A stretch of 64,000 nucleotides of DNA from a virus. How positions within the stretch are numbered: position 1 is the first letter of the stretch; every line of letters starts with the position of its first letter. Below the pieces are notes generated by a model, which was given only the letters and a program-made list of their open reading frames with translations, had not been told where the DNA came from and searched no databases. Positions 61,961-64,000 of the stretch are shown piece by piece. The stretch spans positions 1 to 64,000 of the IMG/VR virus record IMGVR_UViG_3300043411_002794, one strand, 5' to 3'. The position numbers were made by a program, and so were the translations under genes.

Positions 61961-63987
61961 TACGCAGCCTGCATTTCGTGTTTCGGAATGTTGGCCTCGA
62001 CCAGAACCTGCGACATCACAGGACAAACCGAATTGCCGATCTTGGCAACCTGATTCGCGGTCGAGCCCGTCAGTTTGTACCCAGCCGCCAACTCCGGCGT
62101 GAACTGGGCGTTCAGCAGCTCTCGCGGCCGGAGCATCCGCATGCCGACGTCGCTGATCAGATACATCTGACCGTCAACCGTCAGAAGCGGCAGCTTGGCC
62201 TTCTTGCCCAGATGCTTCTTGAGAAAGCGATGCACGCGGCGGAAGCCGTCAAACGTCGCCTTGTCGACCTGTTGCTGCAGCTCCTTGTAGACCTGCTTAT
62301 GGTCAGTGAGATCGATCGCGGTCAGATCGGCGTTGACGAGCCCGTTGTGATCGACGGCCGTAACCGTCGAGAGAGGGTCCTCCGGATGCGATCCGACGAC
62401 GCCGCCATAGAACTTGGTAATATGGGCAGCGGAGACGCCCATCGCATGTGCGGCCCCTGCGGGCCTCGCAGCACCTTCGCCGGACGTGATGACGGGCAGC
62501 GGTGTCTCCGCGTCGGTGCCGACGCTGTCGCCCCGCATCTTGGTCACGTGGGCGGCGATCAGCCCAGTGTGCGGGATCTGCGTCTGGGCCGGGGCTGGTG
62601 CGTCCGCCGGCTGACCGATGCTCTGCCCGTTGAACTGAGTGAGGCCTGCCGCGATCTCAGTAATCACCGGCGTAACGACGGCCTGCCGGTTGTCCGTCTT
62701 GACGACGTTCAGCGGTTTATCGACCGGACGCGGCTTAGCGGCGTAGCCGCTGCCGCCAGTACCGACGATAAGCGGTACCGCCGTCGGCTGTACCACGGCT
62801 GTGCCGCGGTGCTGCGTCAACGTATGCAGCGGCCGCGTGACCGGCCCGCCGCGCATATGGTCGGAGCCGTGCTGCGGCTTCACCAAGTAGGCGGGTGTCA
62901 CGGCAAACCGATCCCGCGTCGGGATCGTGTGCAACGGTTCGTCGGCGGCCTGCAACTGCCCGCCCTCGCCGTAGAACTTGTTGATGACCGGAGCAACGAT
63001 CGCCTTGTCGTTGTTGCTGTGTACGACCGAAAGGGGCTGGTCGCACGGCTGCCCGCGAAAGGATCCGCCTTCACCGGACTTCTCACTAAAATGCCCGATC
63101 CGCACGATGAACGGCTTATTTGCCTCGATCACGTAACGGAGCAGCCCGTTGGCCATCCGCCACATGGTCTTGGGTGCCAGCGGTCGCTTGCACTCAATCC
63201 CGGTACGCTTGCGGAGCAACGCTGCTTGCCGCTTCGTGAGAAAGATGCTGGGGCACGGGATGTCCCAGTAGATGCACTCGGCAGCCGTCCGCCAGGGGTG
63301 CATGCCGTGCGGCGCGAGTCCGCTCTTGTCGGGTTTGCCGTGCGTCTGTTTCGGCCAGACGATCGGCTTCCCGTCCCGCCGAGCAATCACGAACAACCGC
63401 TTCCGCGCCGTCGGTACGCCGTAATCGGCCGCGTTGAGCACGCGGGACTCGACCACGTAGCCGAGATCTTCCAAGGCCCGCACCCACCGACGATAAATCT
63501 CGCCTTTACGGGAGTGGATCGGAATCATCTGCGGCTTGCCGTCTTTCTTGACGAGGCGACCGTTCTTCTTCAACAACGTCAACGGGCCCCAGTCTTGGAA
63601 CTCCATGACGTTTTCGAGCATGATCACGTCGGGCAGCACATCCTTCGCCCACTTGACCACGACCCAGGCGAGCATGCGAATCCGCTTCTCGACCGGCTTG
63701 GAGCCCTTGGCCCGCGAATGGTGCTTACAGTCAGGGCTAGCCCAGAACAGTTTCACCTTGCGGCCGAAGGTCGCATCACGGGGATCGACGTGCCAGACGT
63801 CCTCCGTGTAATGCCAAGTCTCCGGATGGTTCATGGCATGCATCTCGATCGCCGCGTAGTCGTGGTTGATCGCGATATGCGGGCTCATGCCCAGGGCCAG
63901 AGTAATCCCCAACGAAGCCCCGCCGCCGCCGGCAAAACTGTCGACGACGATCGGAGCGTTGTGGTTCAGCGTCAGTGTCGGGTTCAT
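61960..63987 (-). CDS. dcm: C5-cytosine DNA methyltransferase with repeat-expanded variable region
   Basis: FAGGGG, ASPDC (PC), ENV, RKRLF and IGNSVCP motifs. Confidence 0.93.
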   Translation of the reverse strand: MNPTLTLNHNAPIVVDSFAGGGGASLGITLALGMSPHIAINHDYAAIEMHAMNHPETWHYTEDVWHVDPRDATFGRKVKLFWASPDCKHHSRAKGSKPVEKRIRMLAWVVVKWAKDVLPDVIMLENVMEFQDWGPLTLLKKNGRLVKKDGKPQMIPIHSRKGEIYRRWVRALEDLGYVVESRVLNAADYGVPTARKRLFVIARRDGKPIVWPKQTHGKPDKSGLAPHGMHPWRTAAECIYWDIPCPSIFLTKRQAALLRKRTGIECKRPLAPKTMWRMANGLLRYVIEANKPFIVRIGHFSEKSGEGGSFRGQPCDQPLSVVHSNNDKAIVAPVINKFYGEGGQLQAADEPLHTIPTRDRFAVTPAYLVKPQHGSDHMRGGPVTRPLHTLTQHRGTAVVQPTAVPLIVGTGGSGYAAKPRPVDKPLNVVKTDNRQAVVTPVITEIAAGLTQFNGQSIGQPADAPAPAQTQIPHTGLIAAHVTKMRGDSVGTDAETPLPVITSGEGAARPAGAAHAMGVSAAHITKFYGGVVGSHPEDPLSTVTAVDHNGLVNADLTAIDLTDHKQVYKELQQQVDKATFDGFRRVHRFLKKHLGKKAKLPLLTVDGQMYLISDVGMRMLRPRELLNAQFTPELAAGYKLTGSTANQVAKIGNSVCPVMSQVLVEANIPKHEMQAA

Positions 63988-64000
63988 GCACCAAATTCCA

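Noticed and set aside
1-64000. Stop-codon reassignment or tRNA genes
   Set aside because: Standard-code ORFs tile the window at high density with intact enzymes; no T-loop/cloverleaf pattern noticed by eye, though tRNAscan-SE would be needed to be sure
1-64000. Host assignment and GATC/CGATCG enrichment
   Set aside because: These words look frequent but cannot be quantified without computation; nothing in the sequence fixes the host

Overview
This 64 kb window looks like part of a large, GC-rich (roughly 60-65% by eye) tailed dsDNA phage genome. Genes are densely packed and, with one exception (9243..10544), lie on the minus strand. In transcription order (right to left) it holds: a C5 DNA methyltransferase, ATP-dependent ligase, a GHKL ATPase with a HExxH tail, and a bifunctional HldE heptose enzyme; a replication/recombination block (SbcD, SbcC, an IS110/Nop-like protein, a Cas7/RAMP-like protein, SF2 helicase, DnaB, primase, UDG-fused family A polymerase, gp32-like SSB, RecA); then GT2, MazG-like pyrophosphatase, DEDDh exonuclease, RuvC-like resolvase and an N4/N6 methyltransferase; a probable portal with GT4, an HD-like protein and thymidylate kinase; a ~1500 aa modular protein punctuated by K-x-A motifs; and accessory genes including an AcrVA2-like ORF. 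The most notable observations are: (1) a stand-alone RAMP-like gene beside an apparently nuclease-dead IS110/Nop-like gene inside the replication operon, with no CRISPR or TIGR array visible; (2) an invariant AT-rich 14-mer, GGTAATTAGAAACC, present five times at 7-16 kb spacing; (3) the K-x-A polyprotein; (4) HldE plus two glycosyltransferases; (5) a U-rich leader and prion-like tail on the SSB; (6) an unannotated 24-aa histone-H1-like micropeptide. No tRNA, rRNA or CRISPR array was recognised. All family assignments come from motif recognition by eye, not database searches.
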